Source of the DNA: Dehalococcoidia bacterium
GTDB lineage: Bacteria > Chloroflexota > Dehalococcoidia > Lucifugimonadales > JAGWBF01
Assembly: GCA_965247055.1 (NCBI GenBank)
Contig: CBDFGE010000003.1
Span: forward strand, 72,868-136,867
Length of the DNA: 64,000 nucleotides
Direction: 5' to 3'
A program made the position numbers and the translations under genes. Positions within the stretch are counted from its first letter, which is position 1; the number at the start of each line of letters is the position of its first letter. Shown here one piece after another: positions 37,116-46,243 of this stretch. The notes beneath the pieces were generated by a model. The model had not been told where the DNA came from. It searched no databases and saw only the letters and a program-made list of their open reading frames with translations.

Positions 37116-37140
37116 CAGCGCCCGTTGCGCGCCGCTCGTG

Positions 37141-38127
37141 TCACCGCCGTGGGGCCCTCGTGCGCACCTCTGGGTTGATCAGCCTGATGGGGTCCCCCTG
37201 GAGGAAGGCCTGAATGTTCTCCACCGTCTCCGGGAAGAACATGTCGTAGGTGTAATCGGTCACGTACCCGATGTGGGGGGTGACCACCGTGTTCTCGAGA
37301 CGGCGCAGCGGATGGTCAGGGGGCAGGGGCTCCTCGTCGAACACGTCCAGGGCCGCTCCGGCTATGGTACCCCGCTGCAACGCCTGAACCAGGGCTGCCT
37401 CGTCCACGATGGGCCCCCGGGAGGTGTTCACCAGGTAGGCCGTGGGCTTCATCAGCGCAAGCTCCCTCGCCCCGATCAGGCCCCTGGACCTGTCGCCCAG
37501 TATGAGGTGGATGGTGACGATGTCGGACCGGGACAGCAGCTCGTCCTTACCCACCAGGGTCGCGCCGAGCTGGGCGCACTGCTCCTCGGTCAGGTTCGGG
37601 CTCCAGGCCAGCACCTTCATGCCGAAGGCCTTGGCCACCGTCGCCATCTCCGACCCGATATGCCCCAGCCCCAGGATGCCCACGACCCGGTCCTTTAGGC
37701 GGACCCCGACGGTGCTCTGCCACCGGCCCTCGCGAACGGCGCGGTCCTCGAGGGGGATCTGCCGCAGCAGCGCCAGGATCAGGCCCCAGGTCAGCTCGGA
37801 GGTGGAGGAGGACCTGCCCTCGGTGCCACACACCGTGATCCCCAGGTCCGTGGCCGCTTCCATGTCGATGGCCGCGTTCCCCATGCCGGTGGTGGTCAGC
37901 AGCTTCAGCCTGGGGAGCCTCTCCAGCAGGCTGCGCTGGAAGGGAGTCCGCTCCCGCATGGCCATTACGATTTCGAACCCCTTGAGCCGCGCCGCCACCG
38001 CGTCCTCTCCGGCGAGATGGTCCCTGAACACCTCGACCTGAACCTCGGAGGGCAGGACGCTCCAGTCCGCCATCTTCAGCGCGACACCCTGGTAATCGTC
38101 CAGTACCGCTACTCGTGGCACCGCCAT
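37141..38127 (-). CDS. D-isomer-specific 2-hydroxyacid dehydrogenase family protein
   Basis: 328-aa ORF with the NAD-binding motif ...VVGILGLGHIGSEMATVAKAFGMKV... and ...GAALDVFDEEPLP... Confidence 0.9.
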   Translation of the reverse strand: MAVPRVAVLDDYQGVALKMADWSVLPSEVQVEVFRDHLAGEDAVAARLKGFEIVMAMRERTPFQRSLLERLPRLKLLTTTGMGNAAIDMEAATDLGITVCGTEGRSSSTSELTWGLILALLRQIPLEDRAVREGRWQSTVGVRLKDRVVGILGLGHIGSEMATVAKAFGMKVLAWSPNLTEEQCAQLGATLVGKDELLSRSDIVTIHLILGDRSRGLIGARELALMKPTAYLVNTSRGPIVDEAALVQALQRGTIAGAALDVFDEEPLPPDHPLRRLENTVVTPHIGYVTDYTYDMFFPETVENIQAFLQGDPIRLINPEVRTRAPRR

Positions 38128-38297
38128 ACCTCCCGCCAGCTAAGACTAAGGGATGGGGACCAGTACCCTGTCAACAAGATTTCGATAGAATCTGGTGGGG
38201 GGAGTGCCCCGCCCGTCCAGATTCTTCGCCCGCCCAGGCAGGCTCAGAATGACATGTATCAGTTTTAAGTTGACTGAGCACTAGAGGCCCCGCAGGT

Positions 38298-38753
38298 TCA
38301 GGACCCGGTCGCGCGCCTTCGCCGTCTCACGGCCTTAGGGGGAGAATCCTTCTGTACCGGCTCGTGGCCCGGGGCCGGGGCATCGGAGTTGAAGATGTCG
38401 GCGGCGATCTGCCACGAGTCGTCCGCCTGGCGTCTGAGGACGATCACGTATTTGCCCACGTCCTTGGCAGCCTCACCCCCCTTGGGCTGGAGCTCAATGG
38501 TGTAGGTGCCTACCTCGTACGCTAGGTCGGCGTCGAATCCTATGTCCACCGGGACCAGGGCGATGCTCTTCATGCCCATCGCTCGGGCGCCCTTGAAGAA
38601 CTCTTCTATCCCCTTCCTCCCGCGGACCATCGGTCCATTCGGGGGGAGGAGCCTGCCGCCCTCCGTATAGAAGGAAGCGACCGCCTTCGCGTTCCCGGCG
38701 CTGAAGGCGCTCATAAACCCTTGCCTGCTCTCCTCGATCAGCCTCAAGACCAT
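38298..38753 (-). CDS. SnoaL-like / DUF4440 (NTF2-fold) protein
   Basis: ...FSAGNAKAVASFYTEGGRLLPPNGPMVRGRKGIEEFF...WQIAADIFNSD... is a typical pattern. Confidence 0.7.
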   Translation of the reverse strand: MVLRLIEESRQGFMSAFSAGNAKAVASFYTEGGRLLPPNGPMVRGRKGIEEFFKGARAMGMKSIALVPVDIGFDADLAYEVGTYTIELQPKGGEAAKDVGKYVIVLRRQADDSWQIAADIFNSDAPAPGHEPVQKDSPPKAVRRRRRATGS

Positions 38754-38863
38754 GTCAACCCACCTCCTTTTTTATCGGGTCGATCGGCTCCGTCGCCGTT
38801 CACCCACCAATTTGCCCCTCGCGAGCCCTGGGTGCAAGGGTCGCGGGGGCCGGAGCCCCGCCG

Positions 38864-39724
38864 TCAGCTCAGGTAATCCTGGTGCCAGCGGGCGTAGTCG
38901 GACCGGCGCTGAGCGGCCGCGAGCAGGTCATCCGACGCCGCCCTCTCCTCCAGATCGGCGGGGTCTCCCCCTTCCTTAAGGTGCTTAAGCGCATCGTACA
39001 CCGCCTTCGCCGCCACATAGAAAGGAAGATGTCCTTGCAGGGCGACGCGCACGCCGGCCGCCGCGAGGGTCTCACTACCACCCATTGACCGAGGGAAGTT
39101 GCCCAGGACCAGCGGCAAGGTGGTGACCCTGTGCAGGGCTTCCAGCTCCTCCGCCGTCCTGATCCCTACAAGGAAGATGCCGTCGATGCCCGTCTCCTGG
39201 TAGGCTTGGAGACGCCCCGCCGCATCGGCCAGACCACCGTGATGCAGGGCGGCGGTGCGCCCAAATATGACCAGGGAAGGGTCCTGCCGAGCGTCCACCG
39301 CGGCCCTCAGCTTTCCCACCATCTCCCCGGTCGAGACCAGTCCTTCCTCCTGAGAGCCGAAGGGGTGGGGAAGGGCGGTATCCTCAATAGTCAGGGCGGC
39401 GACGCCCGCCGCTTCCAGCTCCTCCACTGTCCTCATGACGTTAATGGCGTTGCCGTAGCCGTGGTCGGCGTCCACCAGCAGGCTCAGGTCGCTGGCGCGG
39501 GTTATCCTACGGGCCTGCTCGACGAACTCCGTCAGGGTGAGGACCACCAGGTCGGGAGCCCCCAGGACCGTGGCGGAGGCGATTGACCCGGAGAACATCC
39601 CGATCTCGAAGCCGAGAGACTCGGCCATGCGGGCCGACATGGGGTCGAAGACCGACGCCGGATGAAGGCACTCCGTTCCCGAGAGAACTCGGCGGAAGCG
39701 GGCCCGCCGTTCCGATGGCAGCAT
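38864..39724 (-). CDS. Isocitrate lyase/PEP mutase superfamily protein (oxaloacetate decarboxylase / methylisocitrate lyase-like)
   Basis: The start was moved to MLPSERRARFRRVL... (ATG 39722-39724). ...LLVDADHGYGNAINVMRTVEELEAAGVAALTIEDT... supports the call. The upstream part of the 470-aa track ORF is antisense to the RidA gene. Confidence 0.8.
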   Translation of the reverse strand: MLPSERRARFRRVLSGTECLHPASVFDPMSARMAESLGFEIGMFSGSIASATVLGAPDLVVLTLTEFVEQARRITRASDLSLLVDADHGYGNAINVMRTVEELEAAGVAALTIEDTALPHPFGSQEEGLVSTGEMVGKLRAAVDARQDPSLVIFGRTAALHHGGLADAAGRLQAYQETGIDGIFLVGIRTAEELEALHRVTTLPLVLGNFPRSMGGSETLAAAGVRVALQGHLPFYVAAKAVYDALKHLKEGGDPADLEERAASDDLLAAAQRRSDYARWHQDYLS

Positions 39725-39868
39725 CTTCCTCCTCTCCAGACCAGGGGCGCGGCCAAGCAGGTGCATTGTACCACAGCGGGTCCACCCCAGCCTGTAGATG
39801 GATATTCCAAGGGAGAAATGGTACCATTTGCCAAGGCTTCCAAAGCAGAGGTCAGGAAGGGAGGAGCG

Positions 39869-40258
39869 ATGCCCAGCCAGGAGTATCTCAGACCGGAGAC
39901 CATGCCCCCGTCCACAGGTTATACCCAGGTGGTGAAGGTGGGGAACACGGCCTATATCGCGGGACAGGTGGCGATGGCCCCCGATGGCAGCACCGTGGGC
40001 AAGGGAGACCCGGAGGCGCAGGCACGCCAGATATGGCGAAACCTGGACGCCGCTGCCAGGTCCGTCGGTGGAACCCTCCAGAACATCGTCAAGACCACGA
40101 CCTACGTCACCAACATCGAGTACGGCGCGGCGGTGCGCAAGGTGAGGGAGGAGACCTACGCCTCGTCCAACCCTCCCACCAGCACGCTGCTGGTGGTCTC
40201 GGCCCTCGCGCATCCAGACTGGATGATTGAGGTCGAAGCCATCGTCGTGGTGGGCTAG
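39869..40258 (+). CDS. RidA/YjgF family reactive-intermediate deaminase
   Basis: MPSQEYLRPETMPPSTGYTQVVKVGNTAYIAGQVA...TTTYVTNIEY...IEVEAIVVVG. GGGAGGAG lies upstream of the ATG at 39869. Confidence 0.85.
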   Translation: MPSQEYLRPETMPPSTGYTQVVKVGNTAYIAGQVAMAPDGSTVGKGDPEAQARQIWRNLDAAARSVGGTLQNIVKTTTYVTNIEYGAAVRKVREETYASSNPPTSTLLVVSALAHPDWMIEVEAIVVVG

Positions 40259-40299
40259 CCGCCGAGGGCCGGCCATCCGGCGTACAACCAGGGAGGACG

Positions 40300-41169
40300 A
40301 TGGCAGACTACTCGGCAGGCACCGTAAAGGCGAACGGCATCAGCTTTCACTATCTGGAGATGGGAGAGGGGCCGCTGGTGCTGTGCATGCACGGCTTTCC
40401 GGACCACGCCCACACCTACCGCCATCTGCTCCCCGAGCTGGCCGGAGCGGGGTTCAGGGCCGTAGCGCCCTTTACGCGGGGCTACGCCCCGACCGGGGCA
40501 CCGGCGGACGGGCGCTACCAGACAGCCCTCCTCAGCAAGGATGTCATCGCCCTTATGGACGCCCTGGGATCGGAGACCGCCGCCCTGGTTGGGCACGACT
40601 GGGGCGCCCGCGCCGTCCAGGGCGCCGCGGTCCTCATGCCCCACAGGATCACCAGGCTGGCTACGATTGGGGCGTCCCACTCCGCCGCCGGGGACGCCAT
40701 GAACTACCACTACCTTAAGGGTACCTGGCACGTCTACTACTTCCAGCTCCCCGTCGCCGAGCGCGCCGTGGCCCACAACGACTTCGCGTTTATCGAGGAG
40801 TGGTGGCGGGATGCCTCGCCCGAATGGGACATCCCCGGCGATGTGCTGGAGGGGGTCAAGGAGACTTTTCGCAAACCCGGCGTGGTCAAAGCCGCCCTGG
40901 ACTACTACCGGCACAGCGTCAACACGGCCTACCACGACCCGGCCCTCGAGGACGCCCAGAGGCGGGTCAACACCGCGCCCGTGACGGTCCCTACGCTGGC
41001 TCTGCACGGCACGCGGGACCGCCCCCGCAGGCTGGAGGCATTCCACAGCATGGACGGCTACTTCACCGGGGGGCTGGAGAAGGTGGTCATCGAGGGGACC
41101 GGCCACTTCATGCACCTGGAAAAGCCCCGGGAGGTCAACTCCAGGATAGTAGAGTTCCTCCTGCGCTGA
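40300..41169 (+). CDS. Alpha/beta hydrolase (epoxide-hydrolase-like)
   Basis: ...LVLCMHGFPDHAHTYRHLLPELA...ALVGHDWGARAV... gives the HGxP oxyanion motif and the nucleophile elbow with Asp. Confidence 0.85.
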   Translation: MADYSAGTVKANGISFHYLEMGEGPLVLCMHGFPDHAHTYRHLLPELAGAGFRAVAPFTRGYAPTGAPADGRYQTALLSKDVIALMDALGSETAALVGHDWGARAVQGAAVLMPHRITRLATIGASHSAAGDAMNYHYLKGTWHVYYFQLPVAERAVAHNDFAFIEEWWRDASPEWDIPGDVLEGVKETFRKPGVVKAALDYYRHSVNTAYHDPALEDAQRRVNTAPVTVPTLALHGTRDRPRRLEAFHSMDGYFTGGLEKVVIEGTGHFMHLEKPREVNSRIVEFLLR

Positions 41170-41209
41170 ATCACTATCGCCCGCATACGGCAGCCCGCTC
41201 CTGCGCGCG

Positions 41210-41238
41210 TTGACTGTACACAGCCGGTTAGTTACAAT
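41210..41238 (+). promoter_or_regulatory. Sigma70-type promoter for the tRNA pair
   Basis: TTGACT (41210-41215), a 17-nt spacer, then TACAAT (41233-41238), about 60 nt upstream of tRNA-Phe. Confidence 0.55.
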
Positions 41239-41300
41239 GTTATTGGAGGATCGAGCCGTCCATAGCGTGATGGGGCGGTCCCCATCGGCAGGCCAGCCCT

Positions 41301-41375
41301 GCCGAGGTAGCTCAGGGGTAGAGCAGTGGACTGAAAATCCACGTGTCGTCGGTTCGATTCCGACCCTCGGCACCA
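41301..41375 (+). tRNA. tRNA-Phe (anticodon GAA), CCA encoded
   Basis: The acceptor stem is GCCGAGG/CCTCGGC. The anticodon stem GTGGA/TCCAC has loop CTGAAAA. T-arm GGTTCGATTCC is present and the 3' end is ACCA. Confidence 0.95.
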
Positions 41376-41400
41376 GGGCCCGCACGTAGGGCCTCGGCGA

Positions 41401-41475
41401 GCGGAAGTGGCTCAGTGGTAGAGCATCTCCTTGCCAAGGAGAGGGTCGTGGGTTCGAATCCCATCTTCCGCTCCA
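41401..41475 (+). tRNA. tRNA-Gly (anticodon GCC), CCA encoded
   Basis: The acceptor stem is GCGGAAG/CTTCCGC. The anticodon stem CTCCT/AGGAG has loop TGCCAAG. T-arm GGTTCGAATCC is present and the 3' end is TCCA. Confidence 0.95.
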
Positions 41476-41492
41476 AATGTCAGATATAAAGT

Positions 41493-41525
41493 AAGGCCCC
41501 AGGGAAGTCCTGGGGCCTTTTCGTT
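41493..41525 (+). terminator. Intrinsic terminator after tRNA-Gly
   Basis: An 11-bp stem AAGGCCCCAGG / CCTGGGGCCTT with loop GAAGT, running into TTTTCGTT. Confidence 0.7.
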
Positions 41526-41569
41526 GCCCGTGCTGTACCAGTTTTTGTACCAATTCATGCCGAAAAAGG

Positions 41570-42783
41570 TGCTAAGGATATTCTGAACAAGTCTGGGCAT
41601 AGTAGCATAGAGAATAGCACTGTGTTCGGGGAGATAATTGATGGACCAGCCAACATTTGCGGACTTGGAATACGAGAGGAAGAAGCGCAAGACCCGCCGG
41701 GAGATATTCCTGGAGCGCATGGATGCTCTGATACCGTGGGAACAGATGGAAGAGCGCATCCGTCCGTTCTATCCCAAGGCGGGCCGAGGCCGTCGACCAT
41801 ATGAGTTGTCGGCGATGGTGCGGATACACTGCGTGCAGTTGTTCTACAACTTGAGCGATCCTGGTATGGAGGACATGCTCTACGAGGTCGAGTCGGTGAG
41901 ACGGTTCGTAGGGTTGAAGCTGTCGGGCCCGCTGCCGGACGAGACGACGATTCTGAACTTCCGCCATCTGCTGGAAGAGCATGAGTTGGGGCAGAGTCTG
42001 TTCGAGGAGATCAACCGTCATCTGGAGTCCCAGGGACTGCGGCTTCGGGAGGGGACGATCGTGGACGCGAGCATCATAGAGGCGCCGTCATCGACGAAGA
42101 ATCGTGCGGGTGAGCGAGACCCTGAGATGCACCAGACGAAGAAGGGGAACGAGTGGCGCTTCGGGATGAAAGTACACGTAGGCGCTGACGCTGAGACGGG
42201 AGTGGTACACAGCATGACTACGACGCCAGCTAACGTGCATGATGTGACAGAAGCGCACCGATTGCTGCACGGTGGAGAGAAACGAGTGTGGGGGGATGCG
42301 GGGTATCAGGGAGTGGACAAGCGGTTGGAGAATCGAGAGTTGGATGTGGAGTGGCGAGTGGCGATGAGGCCCGGCCGGCGACGGCACCTGGAGCCTGGCA
42401 GCTACGAGGCGTTGGTGGAGAAGCGCAAAGCGTCGGTCAGAGCGAAAGTGGAGCATCCGTTCCTGTACGTGAAGCGGCGCTTTGGCTACGCCAAGGTGCG
42501 CTACCGAGGGTTGGCTAAGAACGCGCAACGGCTGGCATTGCTACTGGGGCTGGCCAACTTGATGACGGCAGAGCGCCGTCTGGCGACATGAGAGGGGCGC
42601 AGTGCGCAAATCACGGCCGGGGAGCCGCGATGGCTCCGAAAAGCCGCTTCGAGGCCACAACAGACACGGTCTGAACGCCTCAACCACGACCTGGAACGTC
42701 ACAAAGATGCCTGAACGTCTCCAAAGAACGGAACCACTCTGCCCATCCACGCTTGCGCCGAGTTGTTCAGAGGTTCCCTAGCA
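41570..42783 (+). mobile_element. IS5-family insertion sequence (~1.2 kb)
   Basis: Imperfect terminal inverted repeats are TGCTAAGGATATTCTGAACAAG (left) and the reverse complement of CGAGTTGTTCAGAGGTTCCCTAGCA (right). By eye, 21 of 28 positions match in the 28-nt core (41571-41598 versus the reverse complement of 42755-42782). They enclose one DDE transposase gene. Boundaries are good to a few nt. Confidence 0.75.
41638..42591 (+). CDS. IS5-family DDE transposase (InsH-like)
   Basis: 317 aa: ...PTFADLEYERKKRKTRREIFLERMDALIPW...RRPYELSAMVRIHCVQLFYNLSDPGMEDMLYE...DASIIEAPSSTKN...GDAGYQG... Confidence 0.9.
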   Translation: MMDQPTFADLEYERKKRKTRREIFLERMDALIPWEQMEERIRPFYPKAGRGRRPYELSAMVRIHCVQLFYNLSDPGMEDMLYEVESVRRFVGLKLSGPLPDETTILNFRHLLEEHELGQSLFEEINRHLESQGLRLREGTIVDASIIEAPSSTKNRAGERDPEMHQTKKGNEWRFGMKVHVGADAETGVVHSMTTTPANVHDVTEAHRLLHGGEKRVWGDAGYQGVDKRLENRELDVEWRVAMRPGRRRHLEPGSYEALVEKRKASVRAKVEHPFLYVKRRFGYAKVRYRGLAKNAQRLALLLGLANLMTAERRLAT

Positions 42784-42978
42784 ATCGCGTCCCTTCGGCC
42801 ATCTTTTCCTCAACCGGATTGGGCGGCCTCGGCGGGACCGTGCTAGGGGATGACTTTCGTTCGTTTGCCTCCTGCCTAACGGATTCCCATCGGCGCTCTG
42901 AATCTTCAGCCTCTTCGTGTCTGCCGAGCTTCTTTAGAGCGGATTGGAGTCGGATGGCAATAGTGGACACCAAACCTT

Positions 42979-43297
42979 TCAAGCTGCGAGTAATCCTGCA
43001 TAGAATCTTTGTTGAAAGGCCGCAGGTGACAGGAATCCCAGCCTGGCCTGGCGGCGCTGCCTGTTATAGAAGATCTCGATATATTCTGTAATATCTCGAA
43101 TTGCTTCCTGTCTACTTCGATAATGACGGTGATGGACTAGCTCCTGCTTGAGTGTTCCCTAGAAGCTCTCCATCGGCGCATTATCAAAACAGTTCCCTTT
43201 CCCGCTCATGGATGATCTCAGGCCAGAGCGCTCCATAAGATTTCTGTACTCCTGGGAGCAATACTGAGAGCCCCGGTCAGAGTGATGCATCAGTCCC
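42979..43297 (-). pseudogene. 3' remnant of a different IS3-family transposase (integrase core), with in-frame TAG
   Basis: Own translation: ...LMHHSDRGSQYCSQEYRNLMERSGLRSSMSGKGNCFDNAPMESF*GTLKQELVHHRHYRSRQEAIRDITEYIEIFYNRQRRQARLGFLSPAAFQQRF... The TAG is at 43159-43161. The 5' part was removed by the IS3 copy inserted at 43298. Confidence 0.75.
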
Positions 43298-43314
43298 TCA
43301 AGTGGACCCCATGA

Positions 43315-44250
43315 TCAGGACAGCGGTGAGGCTAAAATAAGAGAGTCTACCGCTGGGGTGTCTTGTAAACCTTCATCCGATGGTAAGGCTCGTGGATGTT
43401 CCAGTAAACACCTTTGTGGGCTCACTGCATGGAACACCTGACCCGGTGACCGATAGCCCAGGGCTTGATGGGGCCGCTCTTGGTTGTAGAAGGCCAGATA
43501 AGCCCCAATCCCCTTTCTGGCCTCAGTCCCATTTTGGTATGCCTTCAGGTACACCTCCTCGTACTTGATGCTGCGCCACAGCCGTTCCACGAAGACGTTG
43601 TCCATGCACCGGCCCCTGCCGTCCATGCTCACTTGAACGCCTTGCGCCAGCAGCATGCTGGTGAAGGCCTCGCTGGTGAACTGGCTGCCCTGGTCGGTGT
43701 TGAAGATCTGTGGCCGACCCTTGCTCAAGGCCTCTTCCAGAGCCGCAACACAGAAGTCTACCTCCAGGGTGTTGGACAGCCGCCAGGCCAACACGTAGCG
43801 GCTGTGCCAGTCCATGATGGCCACCAAGTAGAGGAAACCCCGAGCCATGGGTATGTAGGTGATGTCGGTGGCCCACACCTGGTTGACCCGGTTGATCTCC
43901 AGCCCCCTGAGCAAGTACGGATAGACCTTATGCCCTGGGTTTGGCTTGCTGGTGTTGGGACGCCGGTAGATGGCCTCCAGGCCTATCAGCTGCATCAGCC
44001 GGCGGACCCGCTTGCGGTTGACCTGGTGTCCGTGATTGCTGAGCCAGGCAGTCATCCTTCTGGAGCCGTAGAAAGGTGTCTTCAGGTACTGTTGGTCTAT
44101 GAGGGCCATCAACTCCAAGTCCTCGGCGCCGGCCTCGGTTGGCAGGTAGTACAACGAGGAGCGGCTGATACCCAGCAAGGCGCACTGGCGCACCAGAGAC
44201 AGCTTCGGTTCTTCTCGGTCAATCATGGCCCGGCGTTGGGACCGGCTCAC
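43315..44250 (-). CDS. IS3-family transposase OrfB (rve integrase core)
   Basis: 311 aa: ...[33 protein letters not shown]...[11 protein letters not shown]...[24 protein letters not shown]... It is in the -1 frame relative to OrfA. Confidence 0.9.
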   Translation of the reverse strand: MSRSQRRAMIDREEPKLSLVRQCALLGISRSSLYYLPTEAGAEDLELMALIDQQYLKTPFYGSRRMTAWLSNHGHQVNRKRVRRLMQLIGLEAIYRRPNTSKPNPGHKVYPYLLRGLEINRVNQVWATDITYIPMARGFLYLVAIMDWHSRYVLAWRLSNTLEVDFCVAALEEALSKGRPQIFNTDQGSQFTSEAFTSMLLAQGVQVSMDGRGRCMDNVFVERLWRSIKYEEVYLKAYQNGTEARKGIGAYLAFYNQERPHQALGYRSPGQVFHAVSPQRCLLEHPRALPSDEGLQDTPAVDSLILASPLS

Positions 44251-44531
44251 AACCCGAAGCTCCGTGACAAAAAATCCCGTTCCACCTTGAGTTGCCCAAT
44301 CTGTTGGTAGAGCTGGGCAGTGAGGACCTCTTGGTCCTTCTCCTGGCGTCCACCACCATTTTCAAAGAGGTGCGGCGCCCCCTGAGTCAAGGCCTTCTTC
44401 CAGGCATGGATCTGGCTCGGGTGGACTTCAAACCGGCTGGCCAGCTCTGCAATGGTGTGCTCCCCCTGGAGCGCGGCCAAAGCCACTTTGGCCTTGAAGA
44501 CTGGGCTGTGCTTCTTACGTGTTTGCTTCAT
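44247..44531 (-). CDS. IS3-family transposase OrfA (HTH)
   Basis: 94 aa: [46 protein letters not shown]... The protein is identical to the copy at 48742..49026. Confidence 0.9.
   Translation of the reverse strand: MKQTRKKHSPVFKAKVALAALQGEHTIAELASRFEVHPSQIHAWKKALTQGAPHLFENGGGRQEKDQEVLTAQLYQQIGQLKVERDFLSRSFGL
44268..44274 (-). other. Candidate programmed -1 frameshift heptamer U UUU UUG (orfA to orfB)
   Basis: In the orfA frame the sequence reads GAT TTT TTG. A -1 slip continues as ...[18 protein letters not shown]..., which is the orfB frame. The same site is at 48999-49005 in copy B. Confidence 0.5.
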
Positions 44532-44610
44532 GTCCTGCTCCTTGTTTCCGTCCTATTTTAGGAGCGGGACTCTCTCTTAGCCACCTGTCCGAATTTTGGG
44601 GTCCACCTCA

Positions 44611-44895
44611 GTGGAGGACCTCCGCACGTGTCTGCAAGAAGGAACGATGCTAGAGCGAAAAGCCCTCATTCGGAACTTCGTGAAGGGCATCGAAATCGCT
44701 GGCGACGAAGCTACCCTTACCTACACGATACCCATGCCAAGGGATGGTGTGACCAGTGAGGGGGCCTCGGTTCTTGATTTTGTACAGTCCGGCCCACCAA
44801 CGTGTACTGAACTGCGAACTACTGGGCCGTGGAGAGCCACCTCTGCGGCGTCTCCGCCCCCTATCGGGCTGTCCGGCGGCGTGGGTAGGGTGTAG
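44611..44895 (+). pseudogene. C-terminal fragment of a large serine recombinase (5' part lost at the IS3 junction)
   Basis: It starts directly at the IS3 end: VEDLRTCLQEGTMLERKALIRNFVKGIEIAGDEATLTYTIPMPRDG...VQSGPPTCTELRT... This is collinear with the C-terminus of the minus-strand recombinase. Confidence 0.5.
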
Positions 44896-46040
44896 AAGAC
44901 CGTCGCCTTTCCTGGCTTGACCTTGATCTCCTTGACGAAGGACTTGATGAAGGCCCTCGATTCGGTGATTTCGCTGGTCATCAGGAAGTCGCTCATGTCC
45001 TCGGCGAAGGCGGCGATGGTGTCCACGTTGTCCAGCACGGCCCGGCGCTCTGAGAGCAATGCCCTGGCCTCCTCTACGGCGATCTCCAGCTTCTCCTGAC
45101 GCTCCCGGTGCTCTCTGATGCGGGAGGTGGCGTCGGATATGTCGAGTTCCGAGTTCTCGATGACGTGCCACACCCGGTCCAAGCGCCGCCGCACCTCGAT
45201 AAGCTCCGCTTCGATGTTTTCCAGCCTCTCCCGCTGCTCAGCAGCCACCCCGTCCATCTCCTCGTCCATCAGTCTAACCAGGTCCCGGATGTTGCTTTCC
45301 GTGAGGATGTTTGCGCGAATCTGGTCAATCATCAGCTTCTCAAAGCGCTTGGAGTTGAGGCGAGGCGTCTTGCAAGTTCCCTTGCCCTTTTTCAGCAGTG
45401 AGTGGCAGACGTAGTAGCTGTACTTGCCGCTTTTGGCCTCAGCCGCAGTGAGCGCCTTTCCGCACTTCTCACATTTCACCAAGCCGCTGAGGAGATAGGG
45501 GCTGGATGCCCGCCGGGGGTTGACCCTGGCCGGGGCCTTGGAGCGAAGGGAGCGGGTGATGCGTCGGAACTCCTGCTTGGTGACTATTGCGGGGAATGCG
45601 TCCTCCACCCGCACAGGCGGCGCTCCGTCCTTGGCATCGACGCCCCAGACCAGCGTTCCTGTATACGCTTCGTTGGAGAGGATGCGGTGCACAGTGGACT
45701 TCAACCAATGCTTGCCCGTTGAGGTGGGGATGCCCTCACCATTCAGCGTCTTGGTGATGTCCAGGGTGCTCTTGCCCTGTAGGGCCATCTGGAAGATGCG
45801 CCGGATCACTGAGTCCGCCGGCGGGTCTAGCTCCAGCTTGGGCCGCTTCTTGGCTCCGTCCTGGACCGACACCTTCCTGTAGCCGAAGGGAGCGTAGGTG
45901 GAGACCCAGAAGCCCCGTATGGCGGCTTCCCGCATCCCTCGGACGACTTCTTGGGCCAAGATATCGGTTATCCAATCGACACAAAGCACTGGGTATTCGT
46001 GGGCCGTCGATTTGGATGCAACGAGCGGGGACAGTCGCAA
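44721..46040 (-). pseudogene. Large serine recombinase lacking the N-terminal catalytic (resolvase) domain
   Basis: 439-aa ORF with the recombinase domain (...PFGYRKVSVQDG...), a zinc ribbon (...LSGLVKCEKCGKALTAAEAKSGKYSYYVCHS...GKGTCK...) and a coiled coil. Only ~35 aa precede the ...GMREAAIRG... junction and a TAA lies just upstream in frame, so the Ser-nucleophile domain is absent. Confidence 0.7.
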
Positions 46041-46243
46041 GCGCGACAGCGGGAATTAGGCCTGAAGCGCCACCAACTACCGCTGCCCGAGTCCCGCGCT
46101 TCTGATTTCCCAATTCACTCATCTGCAAGCCGGTCGGAATACCATTGATTCGAATTTTTGAATGTCGGGCAGTCAATGCTTGCTGAAGACCTTCTGGCGC
46201 GCACTTCTGTTCGACGCCCGCAAGGTCTGGCGTTAGGCTGCTT

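Larger units (their letters stand above)
43298..44610 (-). mobile_element. IS3-family insertion sequence, copy A (apparently full length)
   Basis: The ends were defined by comparison with copy B and by terminal repeats TGAGGTGGACCCC (orfA end, 44598-44610 on the reverse strand) and TCAAGTGGACCCC (43298-43310). The element has the orfA/orfB arrangement. Confidence 0.85.

Noticed and set aside
40255-41553. 432-aa minus-strand ORF spanning the alpha/beta hydrolase gene and both tRNA genes.
   Set aside because: It is antisense to a well-supported CDS and to two canonical tRNAs, which is the typical high-GC shadow ORF. The same applies to other long antisense ORFs, including 5583..6770, 34794..36809, 35501..36862, 61542..62978, 29588..30559 and 7058..8401.
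42753-43091. Small ORFs 42753..43091 (+) and 42767..42982 (-) between the IS5 element and the IS3 remnant.
   Set aside because: They show no recognisable family. They lie in what looks like the untranslated tail of the degraded IS3-type element and overlap each other in antisense. They are most likely non-coding.
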